Below, piece after piece: positions 1 through 9,558 of a stretch of 64,000 nt of DNA. How positions within the stretch are numbered: the stretch's first letter is position 1; every line of letters begins with the position of its first letter. This DNA is from an uncultured Candidatus Saccharibacteria bacterium (GTDB taxonomy: Bacteria > Patescibacteriota > Saccharimonadia > Saccharimonadales > Saccharimonadaceae): the NCBI GenBank assembly GCA_938036625.1, contig CALHQH010000046.1, positions 11,034 through 75,033 on the forward strand. The letters run 5' to 3'. Made by a program: the position numbers and the translations under genes. Under the pieces are notes generated by a model that worked only from the letters and a program-made list of their open reading frames with translations, was not told where the DNA came from and did not search any database.

Positions 1-732
1 GGTTGGGACGCCCGCGTTGAGCTTAAAGTCACTCATAGCAGCAGGCTTATCTTGAGCCTTCTCGTCCTTACTACGCTTGGTCTTTTTACTGGTGTCTGGT
101 GCTTGGCTATCAGCGGCGCGGCGGGCCACTGCCACATTGGCGGCATCGTCTGCCTCAGCCTGGCTACGCACCATGTTTTGTAGGCCACGCCACAGTGCCA
201 TGGGCGAGACACGCAAGACGAAGAGTAGCGTCAAGCCGATCAACAATACATACACAAAGACCCCCACTGGCCGGTCGACCAGTGCCAGCATAGCACGATT
301 GAGTAAGTCACCCATGACACCGCCTGTCGCAGCCGAGCCTCGCCGCAGTAGGCCAAATAGCCCCGCAAACCACAACACCATCAGCACCGCTGCAAGCTTC
401 AGCGCCACTGGTAAGCGGTTGTTCTCCGCCCGAAAGATCGCCACCGCCACATACACCGCCACTACTGGGACAACATACACCGCATAGCCAATAATATGCA
501 GCATTGTCGCATCAAGCCACTTGAGAATTGGCCCACCCGAGCCAAACCACGACACCACCAGCAATACCGAAAATGCCAGCAGTAGCACCGCCGACACCTG
601 CACCCAAAACCCCGCTGGCAACGTATGCTGCGGCGCGGCCTGCTTGGCTTTGCTCTTGCTCGGGCTGCGCCGACGAGCAGCGCTTGAGCGAGTAGACGAA
701 CGAGTGCGAGTGGTTTTTCTTTTTGTAGCCAT
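1..732 (-). CDS. ftsK: DNA translocase FtsK/SpoIIIE, N-terminal membrane part; gene runs off the left edge
   Basis: Not in the ORF track because there is no stop inside the window. My minus-strand translation from ATG 732..730 gives MATKRKTTRTRSS.. followed by four hydrophobic helices (FWVQVSAVLLLAFSVLLVVSWF, LHIIGYAVYVVPVVAVYVAVAIF, LKLAAVLMVLWFAGLFGLL, VFVYVLLIGLTLLFVL). GGVMGDLLNRAML lies between helices 3 and 4, and a charged linker follows. This layout is FtsK_4TM-like. Confidence 0.6.
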   Translation of the reverse strand, partial: MATKRKTTRTRSSTRSSAARRRSPSKSKAKQAAPQHTLPAGFWVQVSAVLLLAFSVLLVVSWFGSGGPILKWLDATMLHIIGYAVYVVPVVAVYVAVAIFRAENNRLPVALKLAAVLMVLWFAGLFGLLRRGSAATGGVMGDLLNRAMLALVDRPVGVFVYVLLIGLTLLFVLRVSPMALWRGLQNMVRSQAEADDAANVAVARRAADSQAPDTSKKTKRSKDEKAQDKPAAMSDFKLNAGVPT

Positions 733-1048
733 ATCCTTTTTATTGTACTCTGTTTATGCTTGGTTTGATAGCGTATATTGTAGCATAATTTACTACATTA
801 GGCAATCGGTGTGGGATTGTGGGCACAGTCTTTGTTTTCTCAGCGTTAGCTTCATCGTCTCATCGCCTTCTCAGATAGAGTATGAGGGCAGATTGTCATA
901 ATCTTTGCGTCCAACATCAAGCGGTCAACATTTAGGAAGTAGAGACTCTTACAGTGTTCCTGAGGAGGGATGAGCAAGAATACAAAGCGTGAAACTCAAA
1001 AAATAGCTATTTTGTCCATTCTATGTCACAATAGAGCAAGGAGGTCGT

Positions 1049-1210
1049 ATGCAGCAGATGGTATGGAATATAGTAACGATGATTGCGCCCTTTGCGGTGA
1101 TTGCCTTTGTCTTGGTGGTGCTGGCCGAATATTTGCGCGTGCAGCAGCGCATCAAACACCTGGAGGAGATGGTGCACAAGCTGCAGCAGCGAATTAAGTC
1201 GGATACGTAG
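1049..1210 (+). CDS. small single-pass membrane protein (53 aa), not in the ORF track
   Basis: GGAGG lies 7 nt before ATG 1049. Translation is MQQMVWNIVTMIAPFAVIAFVLVVLAEYLRVQQRIKHLEEMVHKLQQRIKSDT, ending at TAG 1208..1210. A terminator hairpin follows directly. Confidence 0.5.
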   Translation: MQQMVWNIVTMIAPFAVIAFVLVVLAEYLRVQQRIKHLEEMVHKLQQRIKSDT

Positions 1211-1223
1211 CCACAGGTTGCAC

Positions 1224-1255
1224 AAAAAAGCCAGCTATATAGCGCTGGCTTTTTC
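1224..1255. terminator. bidirectional rho-independent terminator between the small ORF (+) and rnj (-)
   Basis: Stem GCCAGC (1230-1235) pairs with GCTGGC (1244-1249). An A-run lies upstream and a T-run downstream. Confidence 0.6.
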
Positions 1256-1278
1256 ATTTTTGATATTGTGGACGACCC

Positions 1279-3624
1279 CTAGTAGCTTCGGCGCTCCGAG
1301 CGATCCTTTGGCATGGCTACCTCAGTGTCGGGCTCTTGCCGCGGTGGGAACTTTTTGCGCGGCAGGCCGGCAAAGGCGTCGTTGCTCGGCTGCTTGCTGC
1401 GGGCGGTCGGGCGATTATTGGCTGGGCGGCGCTTGCGCGTATTAGCTGGGCGAGTTGGCGCTTTCTCCTCTGTCGTGGCAGGCAATGCACCAGCTGTTTT
1501 GCGGGCGGCAATGGCGGCTGCTTTGGCGGCGGCACCACCCTTGGCGATGCGCGGTGGCGTGTGTGGCTGAGCTGGCGCAACGAGGCTCTGGCGCGAGCGC
1601 CCAGCTGGGACTTCGCGCCCCACACGAGTCGTGCGACTCGGTGCCTTTTGTGGTGCACCGACTTCGTTAATCACTGGAATGATGATGGGCATGCGGCGTG
1701 TCTGGTCGTAGAGCACGCGGGCAATGTCATCTTTGATTTCCTTCTTTACGACATCAAGGTCATACGAGCCCACCATGCTGCGCGCTGCTTTTTGCTTGAG
1801 GTAGGCGCGGATCATCCCCATCAGTTCTTCGTTATCGCGCAGGTAGATAAAGCCCCGGCTGATGATATCTGGACTGGTGAGGAGGCGGCCCGTTCCACGC
1901 TGGACGGTGAGCACCACAACGAACATCCCCTCCAGGCTCATGTGGATGCGATCCTTCAGCACGACATCGCTCACGACTGCACCAGCGTCGTCATACATTG
2001 TGCCGCCCGAGTGCGGAATGCGCCCAATCTTGTGTGCACCATCGGTCGTAAACTCCACAATATCCCCCGGATCGCAGACAAAGATATGACTGCGTGGGAT
2101 ACCACACTCCTTCTCGGCCAGGCGAGCATTGTGCACTAACATGTGGAATTCGCCGTGGTTGGGCAAGTAGTATGTGGGCTTGACGGCACTAATGAGTCGC
2201 ACGTGGTCATCATAATAACCATGGCCAGACAGGTGGAGCGGCCCCACACCGGTCAGGTGTGTCTTGCCGTTTTGCACCACATCGCCACCTTCGCGCATCA
2301 GGCCATCCACGGTGCGTACGACGTACTTCTCGTTGCCTGGGATGGGGTTGGAGCTAAAGACCACCACATCACTCCCCTTGATCTTGACGAACTTATGCGC
2401 CCCCGTTGCCATGCGGTTAAGGACTGCACTAAATTCTCCCTGGCTACCCGTACAGACGATGGTAATCTTGTGGTCGGGCAACTTAACGAGGTCTTCCATC
2501 TTGACCACCGTATCTTTGGGGATTTTGATAGCACCAGTGCGCAGTGCTACCTCCAGATTCTGGATCATACTAAAGCCAGCAAAGGCCACCTTGCGCCCAT
2601 GCTTCTCTGCTTCCTCGAGGATGAGCTGAATGCGGTGCAGCTGGCTAGAGAAACTACTGATGATGATGCGGCTCTTGGCCCACTTGTCCATCACCTCACC
2701 CATGCTGTGCTGGATGTCGTGCTCACCGTGGGTGTGAGTGCCAGCGCTCTCGCAGTTGGTCGATTCGTTCATCATGAGGAGGAAGCCCTCGGTGTGTGAG
2801 ATATCTTGCAAACGCTCGAAGTCGAACTTGCGGCCATCCACCGGGTTTTCCTCAATACGCCAGTCACCGCTACTGAGAATGTTCCCTACTGGCGTACGCA
2901 CCACTACTGCAGCCGAATCAGGAATGGAGTGATTCACCCGCACCAGCTCCACACTAAAGGAGTCGCACAGCTGGACGATCTCATGCTCCTCAGGCTTGAG
3001 CTCATGATACTCTGGCTCGTAGCTGCCATCGGTCTCGGCCATAGTGCGCTGCAGCATACCCAATGTAAAGGCTGTGCCATAGACTGGCGCAGGCAGCTTG
3101 GGGATGATATGCCGAAAGGCACCGATATGGTCGAGGTGCCCGTGGGTAAAGATATGTGCTCGAATCTTGTGCTTATTCTCCTCCAGCCACTGCGTATCGG
3201 GGATGATGTAGTTGATGCCTGGGTAGTCGCTACCTGGGAAGAGGAAGCCCATGTCGATGATGATGATATCGTTGTCGTACTCAATGGCTGTCATGTTCTT
3301 GCCAATACCCATCTCGCCCACCCCACCAATCGGGATGACCTTGAGCGTTGGGCGCGGCGCACGAGGCCGCTTGGGCTGCATATTGAGAGTAAACTGCTCG
3401 CCACCATAGCCATTGTAGACCGACTTATTGACCGGCACATTAATGACGTGCTGCGAGGCCTGGGCATTGACCCCCTCGCTGGTGCGGCGCTGCGCCCGAA
3501 AGACCTCGCCTTTGCGCGTGGTGGTGGCGCTGAGCACCGTGTTGGTTGTCGCTGGTTGTTTACTTGCGTGTGGACGCTTCTTGGCGTCATCTGCCTGGGG
3601 TGTGGCCACTCGTCGTTGACCCAT
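1279..3624 (-). CDS. rnj: ribonuclease J (beta-CASP metallo-beta-lactamase) with long basic, Pro/Ala-rich N- and C-terminal extensions
   Basis: Core runs LKVIPIGGVGEMGIGKNMTAIEY..IIIDMG..THGHLDHIG. AAGGAG RBS before ATG 3624. Confidence 0.9.
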   Translation of the reverse strand: MGQRRVATPQADDAKKRPHASKQPATTNTVLSATTTRKGEVFRAQRRTSEGVNAQASQHVINVPVNKSVYNGYGGEQFTLNMQPKRPRAPRPTLKVIPIGGVGEMGIGKNMTAIEYDNDIIIIDMGFLFPGSDYPGINYIIPDTQWLEENKHKIRAHIFTHGHLDHIGAFRHIIPKLPAPVYGTAFTLGMLQRTMAETDGSYEPEYHELKPEEHEIVQLCDSFSVELVRVNHSIPDSAAVVVRTPVGNILSSGDWRIEENPVDGRKFDFERLQDISHTEGFLLMMNESTNCESAGTHTHGEHDIQHSMGEVMDKWAKSRIIISSFSSQLHRIQLILEEAEKHGRKVAFAGFSMIQNLEVALRTGAIKIPKDTVVKMEDLVKLPDHKITIVCTGSQGEFSAVLNRMATGAHKFVKIKGSDVVVFSSNPIPGNEKYVVRTVDGLMREGGDVVQNGKTHLTGVGPLHLSGHGYYDDHVRLISAVKPTYYLPNHGEFHMLVHNARLAEKECGIPRSHIFVCDPGDIVEFTTDGAHKIGRIPHSGGTMYDDAGAVVSDVVLKDRIHMSLEGMFVVVLTVQRGTGRLLTSPDIISRGFIYLRDNEELMGMIRAYLKQKAARSMVGSYDLDVVKKEIKDDIARVLYDQTRRMPIIIPVINEVGAPQKAPSRTTRVGREVPAGRSRQSLVAPAQPHTPPRIAKGGAAAKAAAIAARKTAGALPATTEEKAPTRPANTRKRRPANNRPTARSKQPSNDAFAGLPRKKFPPRQEPDTEVAMPKDRSERRSY

Positions 3625-3700
3625 TGTATCTCACTCCTTCTAATACATTATTCTGGTTCTACTAATAAGAGACAGGCTAAGAGCCTCAATAAGTGATTGT

Positions 3701-3730
3701 ATTATAGCAGATGATGGTGAGGTGTGTCAA
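3701..3730 (-). promoter_or_regulatory. sigma-70 type promoter of rnj (TTGACA-N18-TATAAT)
   Basis: Read on the minus strand: TTGACA at 3730..3725 and TATAAT at 3706..3701, about 75 nt upstream of the ATG. Confidence 0.5.
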
Positions 3731-3752
3731 AGCCACCTCTCGCGAGGTGGCT
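3731..3752 (-). terminator. hairpin downstream of the 3786..4700 gene
   Basis: AGCCACCTC pairs with GAGGTGGCT (9-bp stem). The U-tract on the minus strand is weak. Confidence 0.4.
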
Positions 3753-3785
3753 TTTGCTTCGTGTCGCAACGAATTGATAGTGTAT

Positions 3786-4700
3786 CTATGCACACCAAAA
3801 TCGCAGCATATCGCTCAAATTTTCGCCTGTTCCCGCTTGGGAGGCTGGCTGCCATGATGCGCCATCACTTGGGCTGCTGCCATCAGGGTTCTCTGCGCTA
3901 GCCGATGCTTCTTCGACGGCAAACGTTGGTGCGCCATTCTCATCAGTGGTTCGCGTCATCCGTGTGTATGGCTTCTCATTTGGGTCAGTATTGCCACTTG
4001 GACGGAAGCTGCTTGCCGCCGCAACTTCTGTGGCAGGGTTGCTTGTGATCTGTAGCAGCTCTACCGTCGTCAGCTCGCCAACTGGCTGAGCAGCCCCTGG
4101 CTCTTGTGATGTCTCCAGTGTCATCTCCTCTCGGGTGGTTGTCTTGCCAGTGGTTGTGTCTTTTTGTTTGTGTGCCACCGTCGTTACAACGACGTTTTGC
4201 CCATCATGGCTGACGGTAGTTCGCTTCGCTGTAATAATCTCCTTAATACCCCTACTCTTATCAGTCTGGTACACTGCAAGAGAGTCACCCATATAACGAT
4301 CTGTCTTCGTCTTGCCCTGCAGCTCGGTATAGCGCGTCGTAATGCCATGCAAAACTTCCCTGTCGACCTTCTTTACATCAATCTCACCATCAGGAGTTGT
4401 AAATTCTACCTCACGACCCGATTGCCCAAATGGCTCAGCCGTTGCGGCTGTTTCGCTATGAGTTGGGGCGTCTGCGTGGTTGCTGCAATATGCCGCACCA
4501 TTTATACCAATAAGTAGGACAGCAAGAGCCGCTGCTTTTTGTCCAAACGAAAACCGTAATATATCTATCTTATCAGTATCATCAGTAGCACTCTCATTAC
4601 TTAACGTAATGCGCGAGTTTGTCTCACTCAAAATTGGTTTTCGTACAAAGCTCCCTTCCATACTGCTTGTTCCCTGCCGGGGTTTCTTCATTATCATCAC
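3786..4700 (-). CDS. hypothetical secreted or membrane-anchored protein
   Basis: 304-aa ORF with an N-terminal hydrophobic segment (AAALAVLLIGINGAAYC). Thr-rich, lower GC3 than neighbours. No motif recognised. Confidence 0.55.
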   Translation of the reverse strand: MMIMKKPRQGTSSMEGSFVRKPILSETNSRITLSNESATDDTDKIDILRFSFGQKAAALAVLLIGINGAAYCSNHADAPTHSETAATAEPFGQSGREVEFTTPDGEIDVKKVDREVLHGITTRYTELQGKTKTDRYMGDSLAVYQTDKSRGIKEIITAKRTTVSHDGQNVVVTTVAHKQKDTTTGKTTTREEMTLETSQEPGAAQPVGELTTVELLQITSNPATEVAAASSFRPSGNTDPNEKPYTRMTRTTDENGAPTFAVEEASASAENPDGSSPSDGASWQPASQAGTGENLSDMLRFWCA

Positions 4701-4858
4701 CTCCTGCTTTATTTTACTAATTACCTATTTTACCGCTATAGTACTTGGTATTTGCTATATATGTCAAATATGTTCTATTCGGGTCCCAAAGCTAGCAGGC
4801 AAAAAGCCGACTACCCCACAATAGCCGGCTCTGTGCTATGCCTCGCGGCACATTAATT

Positions 4859-6967
4859 TTAGTCTCCATCCACCGTCGTATGAGCAAACTGCCGCGTGCC
4901 ACGCCAGGCCAAGAAGCCGATGAGAAGCGCGTTTGCCACTAGCGCAAAGCCAGCCAAGATGAGCATGTGCTGCGTATAGAGCGCGCTATCTACCCCACCC
5001 GAGATCGCATGACGATAGGCAATGATGGAATGCGTCATGGGTAGCCAGGGGTTGATGGCTTGGAAGAAACCAGAGGCTGTTTGGATAGGGAATATTCCCT
5101 CGCTGGCGGCTAGTTGGAGCACCATGATGATCATTACCACCAGCCGGCCAGGGTTATCAAGCACCATCACTACCAGCGTAATGAGCGACATAAAGGCAAG
5201 CGAGGCAAGGTAGCTTGTGGCAGCAAATAGCCACGGATGGTCGGGCTGCAAGCCCACCACATAGACTAGTACTAGCATCATAATCGTTGCTTGCACCAGT
5301 GCAGCCAGCCCCAAGACTGACATCTTAGCCAGCCACCAGCGCCAGGCATTTTCTTGGCGCGAGAAGGTCTTGCGCACTGGGTACATCGTCGTCAGAGCCA
5401 ACCCACCAACGAAGAGCGCTAGCGAGAGCATGTATGGTGCCATGGCATAGCCGTAATTTGGCACACTGCCAGTACTGTGCTCGCTACTCGCCACAGGTGC
5501 GGCCATCTGCTGCTGAGCCGCTGGGCTAGTTGGCAGGAGCTTTACCTGAGCAGCACCAGTCTGCAGTTTGTGCGCCAGTGTGCTCGAGCCATCCGCCAGC
5601 TGGTTGCTTGCCTGCACCAGCGTGCTAGAGTGCTGCTGCAAGGTAGCTGCACCCTGAGCCAGTTGCCCACTACCCTGCTGAGCTGTTGCGAGATTGCCCG
5701 CCACCTGTGCTGCACCAGCCTGGAGTCGCTCGCCACCAGCCCGCACCGTATTGTACCCCGCAAAGGCAGTGGTGGCTTGTGGGGCGAATTGCTCCACGCC
5801 AGTGTTGAGCGCCGCCACACCATTCTTGAGTGTTTGCTGCTGAGTAGTAAGTGTTTTGGTAAGAGTATCGAGGTTGGCTAACAAGCTCTGCGTTTGCTCG
5901 GCAATGGCTTTGGTCTGCTGCAGAGCACTCGCTATGGTCTGCAGCTCGGGCAGTGTGATGGTCGTGCTACCGCCAGATGCAGCCGCCTGCGCACTAGTCT
6001 TTTGGAGGATCGCCCCAGCCGACGCGGCGGGTGCTTGCATTGCCTGGAGCGCACCCACCACCCGCTGCGCATCTTGGACGACGGCCGCCTGCTGAGCTGC
6101 CACCGCTGGTGATGGCTGAGCCACTTGGGCGTTGAGTGTATTTATCCCTTGTTTGATCTGCTGCATACCAGCCGTTAGCTGGGCCACTTGGGCCGCCGTT
6201 GGCAGTTGGCCAGTCAGCTGCGCTGTGCCCTGCTGGACCTGCACTGCACCAGCCTGCAATCGCCCTAAGCCCGCTGTCAGCGTCTGCTGCTTGCTCGCCA
6301 GTTGGCTAACACCATTGGTATAGTGAGTAAGACCCGCTTGGAGCTGCGCCGACCCCTGATGCAAGCGCCCAGCACCATCACCAGCCTGCGCCATGCCATT
6401 ACCCACTGCACCAATACCCGCTGCCACCTCTTTGAGGTAGGTTTGGGTCACTTGCTCGGCCACTGTTTCCTTCACTTTTTGCGCGGCTTGGCGGCTAATA
6501 ACTGCACCAATGTAGTTTTTGGCTGGCGTCAGCTGATACGACACCACTGCTTGCTGCGGCTTGTCTTGCCGGAGTGACGCCGCACGCTGTGAGAAATCCT
6601 CTGGCACCGTCACTACTGCGTAGTAATAGCCACGGCGCACGCCATCATCAGCTTGCTGCTTGGAGACGAATTCCCACTTAAGCGCCTTGCTCTTATGCAG
6701 AGACTCGGTCATTGTCCGGCCAATCTGCAGCTCCTTGCCATTGATCTGCGCCCCCTTGTCCTCATTCACAAAGGCAATCGGCAGTCGGTCGGTATGCCCA
6801 TACGGGTCCCACACCGAGCTGAGGAAAAACGCCGCATATATCACCGGCACAAAGGCTATTGCTATTACTGCCACCAACAGCGTCTTACTGTACAGTAAGT
6901 GCTGCCATTCGGCTTGAACCATCACACTACGGCGGCGCCGGATGGCTTGCTTCATCTTCTCACCCAT
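4859..6967 (-). CDS. YhgE/Pip-domain membrane protein (ABC-2-like C-terminal TM bundle, long Q/A-rich coiled central region)
   Basis: N-terminal helix plus SSVWDPYGHTDRLPIAFVNEDKGA. Long AQ/QL repeat region and a C-terminal multi-TM block. An alternative start MKQAIRR lies at 6955. Confidence 0.75.
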   Translation of the reverse strand: MGEKMKQAIRRRRSVMVQAEWQHLLYSKTLLVAVIAIAFVPVIYAAFFLSSVWDPYGHTDRLPIAFVNEDKGAQINGKELQIGRTMTESLHKSKALKWEFVSKQQADDGVRRGYYYAVVTVPEDFSQRAASLRQDKPQQAVVSYQLTPAKNYIGAVISRQAAQKVKETVAEQVTQTYLKEVAAGIGAVGNGMAQAGDGAGRLHQGSAQLQAGLTHYTNGVSQLASKQQTLTAGLGRLQAGAVQVQQGTAQLTGQLPTAAQVAQLTAGMQQIKQGINTLNAQVAQPSPAVAAQQAAVVQDAQRVVGALQAMQAPAASAGAILQKTSAQAAASGGSTTITLPELQTIASALQQTKAIAEQTQSLLANLDTLTKTLTTQQQTLKNGVAALNTGVEQFAPQATTAFAGYNTVRAGGERLQAGAAQVAGNLATAQQGSGQLAQGAATLQQHSSTLVQASNQLADGSSTLAHKLQTGAAQVKLLPTSPAAQQQMAAPVASSEHSTGSVPNYGYAMAPYMLSLALFVGGLALTTMYPVRKTFSRQENAWRWWLAKMSVLGLAALVQATIMMLVLVYVVGLQPDHPWLFAATSYLASLAFMSLITLVVMVLDNPGRLVVMIIMVLQLAASEGIFPIQTASGFFQAINPWLPMTHSIIAYRHAISGGVDSALYTQHMLILAGFALVANALLIGFLAWRGTRQFAHTTVDGD

Positions 6968-7403
6968 TGTTAGCCAACTCCCGAATAATATCTTGCAATG
7001 TTACACCCTGCAGCGTCTCAGCCCAGCGTGCCTGAGCCCGATCGAAGGCACCAAGGATGCTCACCTCACCGCGTTTGATCTTGCTACCATCCGCCTGGCG
7101 AGCAAACATCCGCTCGGCCACTCCTTGGTACTGGACGAAGCTCTCCGTCCCCTCGACTGCCGCCACGATATCCCACAGCGTCAGTTCCGTACTAGCCCGC
7201 GCCAGGCGAAAGCCACCACCCGCACCCCTCACCGAGGTAATCAGCTGGGCTGTTACGAGCTTGCGCGTTACTTTGGTAATATACGTTGGCGACACCCCCA
7301 TTTGCTTTGCCAAGCTCTGATTCGTCACTGGCGATCGCAGGTCTGGATGCGCCAGCAAAATCACAATACAGCAGGCCTGCTCGACTGCTCCTGATAATCT
7401 CAT
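6960..7403 (-). CDS. Rrf2 family transcriptional regulator
   Basis: MRLSGAVEQACCIVILLA..SLAKQMGVSPTYITKVTRKLVTAQLITSVRGAGGGFRLA. Its end overlaps the start of the YhgE/Pip gene. Confidence 0.85.
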   Translation of the reverse strand: MRLSGAVEQACCIVILLAHPDLRSPVTNQSLAKQMGVSPTYITKVTRKLVTAQLITSVRGAGGGFRLARASTELTLWDIVAAVEGTESFVQYQGVAERMFARQADGSKIKRGEVSILGAFDRAQARWAETLQGVTLQDIIRELANNG

Positions 7404-7632
7404 GGTTTTATATGCGAGGTGCTATGCAGCCCACCCTGCGCAGCAGCTCACTCCTCCTTTCTTTGATTGTTGATAATGGATATCTAATATCTAGATTAGC
7501 ATAGATTATCCCCTTCTGCAAGCCTGTCGTCAGAATATGCCCATCTAAAAATCAAGCTACATCTGTAGTCTTGAGCATATATTTTGCTGGGCTGATAGAT
7601 CGCAGCCCAGCATTTTCTTCTTTGCTTTTGTG

Positions 7633-8488
7633 CTACTTTGCACGGCGCGTTAGCGGCTTCGTGCCTTTGTAGAGTAGGTAACGGAACAGCCCCGCCTCAT
7701 ACAGCGTGCTATAGCCATGCGATGCCATCACGGCATTAACGAAGAATGGCGCAAGCTTCGCATCTGGCTGGATCCAGGCAAATGGCCGGGCGAGCGACCG
7801 CAAGCGATGGTATGTTGGCATAACGGCTTCTGTCCAATCGGTCTCGCTTATATTTGCAAAGCCAGCCTGCTGCAGGGCCTGCGATATCTCACCGGGGTTC
7901 TGCTGCCGCACACCAAAGCCACCAGCATGCTGCTCCAAAAAGTCCATCATGCGCTGCTGACGAACCGACATATGGCGAGCATCGACCTCATAATCGGCAA
8001 ACACTACACGCCCACCCGGCTTGAGGATGCGATAAAATTCCTGCATCGTGGCCCGCATATCCTTTGCGTGCGATAGTGTCTCATTCACATACACCACATC
8101 GAAATACTCGTCTGGGAAGTCGGTGTGCGAATAATCGCCCAGTACAAAGCGCGGCGCAGGAGTCATATGCCGCGACAACTTCTCAGATATCCTAACCTCT
8201 CGTGGCGTGATGGTAATACCTATTACCTCACCCCCCCCCATTGGCCTGGACGAGGTATCGCGCCATCACGCCCTGGCCCGAGCCGGCATCGAGCACACGG
8301 TCGGTTGGCTTAAGCTGCAGCTCCTTGGCAAACATCCGCAAGAAGTTCGCCTGAGCTTGCCGCTCATTCTTCGTCTCGCTCGTCCAATAGCCAGCGTGTT
8401 GCGATCGGCCCAGCACCATGTTGTAGCCAGCCCACGAGCCAAACCGCGAATAGTATGCTGCCACACCGTTTGTTGTTTTGTCCATCAT
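7633..8488 (-). pseudogene. class I SAM-dependent methyltransferase split by a frameshift in a G9 run
   Basis: ORF 8228..8488 ends ..RVLDAGSGQGVMARYLVQANGGG-TGA. ORF 7633..8241 continues (GGG)EVIGITITPREV..FDVVYVNETLSH..LKPGGRVVFADYE. One G fewer joins the two in frame. Confidence 0.65.
8231..8239. repeat. C9/G9 homopolymer at the methyltransferase frameshift
   Basis: ccccccccc on the plus strand, flanked by a at 8230 and a at 8240. Confidence 0.95.
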
Positions 8489-8755
8489 ATTCTCCTTGTT
8501 ACTGTACTTATCTTATAGTATAGCGTAGAACCGATGGATATAGCGGATTTGTGGGCCTTTCCCTGGTGTGCCCTCGCTCTAGCTCCCTCCTCCTCTTTGT
8601 TGCCTTTCAAATTCTCTCCACTCACTTTATTTTTCCTACCTCAGATGAGCCTATTTTATAAAAGCATGAGCGATATCACAATTATGACAATGGGGCGATT
8701 TGTAGTATCATATATAAGTATAAGTGTTATACCAATGAGGTGAGGAGGAAACACA

Positions 8756-9406
8756 ATGCCAAAACCAGAAGCAGCTGGCCTGCCATGGCCAACCCAAGCA
8801 GCCCGTAGACAAACCACGCGCCAGTCTGACCCTGCCATCCGCGATAGCAGCGCCTACCGGCAAAAGCCTGCCGACGACACTGAGCGCACCACGTCAGCAA
8901 CCGCGCAGAGTGAGCTCGATACAACCAAGAGCAAGCTTGCCACCCTGCAAAAGGCGCTGCAGCACGTGACCGCCGTCGAGATTGGTGAGGCGCAGCTAGG
9001 CACCAGTGCACGCGACTACATCAGCCATGCGCTGGAGGTATCGCGTGTTTTTTCTGAGCTAGAGCATCGCCGCGTGCCTGTCAATGGCTCGTATAATGGC
9101 CAGCCCTTCCAAGTATTGCCCAGCTCCAGCCTCGAGCTGATCGAGCGCGACCTCGGCCGTGCGAGCTTTGGCCCTTATGGCCCAGCTGGCCTAACCCGCG
9201 TTGGCCCTCAGCCCAAAGAAGAGCTCACACTCGACGACTACGTCGCCGATGCCACTGCTCAAGCCACGGCTGACTACAACACCAAGAAAAAGCAAGCCGA
9301 CGAGCAAGCCAAAGTCGCCACCGAGCTCCAAACCGCCCAAGAGCTCCTCGAGCGCAAAGGCTACGGCGTGACCGCACCAGAGGCCGGCAAGACGAAGGCC
9401 GCCTAA
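8756..9406 (+). CDS. hypothetical protein (216 aa)
   Basis: GAGGAGG RBS 8 nt before ATG 8756. A terminator follows. No motif recognised. Confidence 0.55.
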   Translation: MPKPEAAGLPWPTQAARRQTTRQSDPAIRDSSAYRQKPADDTERTTSATAQSELDTTKSKLATLQKALQHVTAVEIGEAQLGTSARDYISHALEVSRVFSELEHRRVPVNGSYNGQPFQVLPSSSLELIERDLGRASFGPYGPAGLTRVGPQPKEELTLDDYVADATAQATADYNTKKKQADEQAKVATELQTAQELLERKGYGVTAPEAGKTKAA

Positions 9407-9430
9407 CCAGCTCTTGCACATATACACACC

Positions 9431-9464
9431 AAGGTAAGTATTACGACAATGCTTACCTTTTTTC
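9431..9464 (+). terminator. rho-independent terminator
   Basis: AAGGTAAG pairs with CTTACCTT, followed by TTTTCG. Confidence 0.6.
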
Positions 9465-9558
9465 GTTTGCGTGGCAAAGCTTTTACCGCGCCTCTCTTCT
9501 CTTCCTCTACCACTGATTATGAGGCACTATACATCTGAATATATCTTCCGAGTATTCA

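Noticed and set aside
77-901. Plus-strand ORFs 77..487, 99..293 and 521..901 at the left edge.
   Set aside because: They are antisense to a much better minus-strand reading frame, the FtsK N-terminal membrane domain. That frame is missing from the track only because it has no stop inside the window.
7580-7612. Hairpin GCTGGGCTG/CAGCCCAGC downstream of the methyltransferase, as a clean rho-independent terminator.
   Set aside because: The T-run is on the plus strand only, and the gene is on the minus strand. It may still act as a bidirectional or stabilising hairpin, but I did not list it as a confident terminator.
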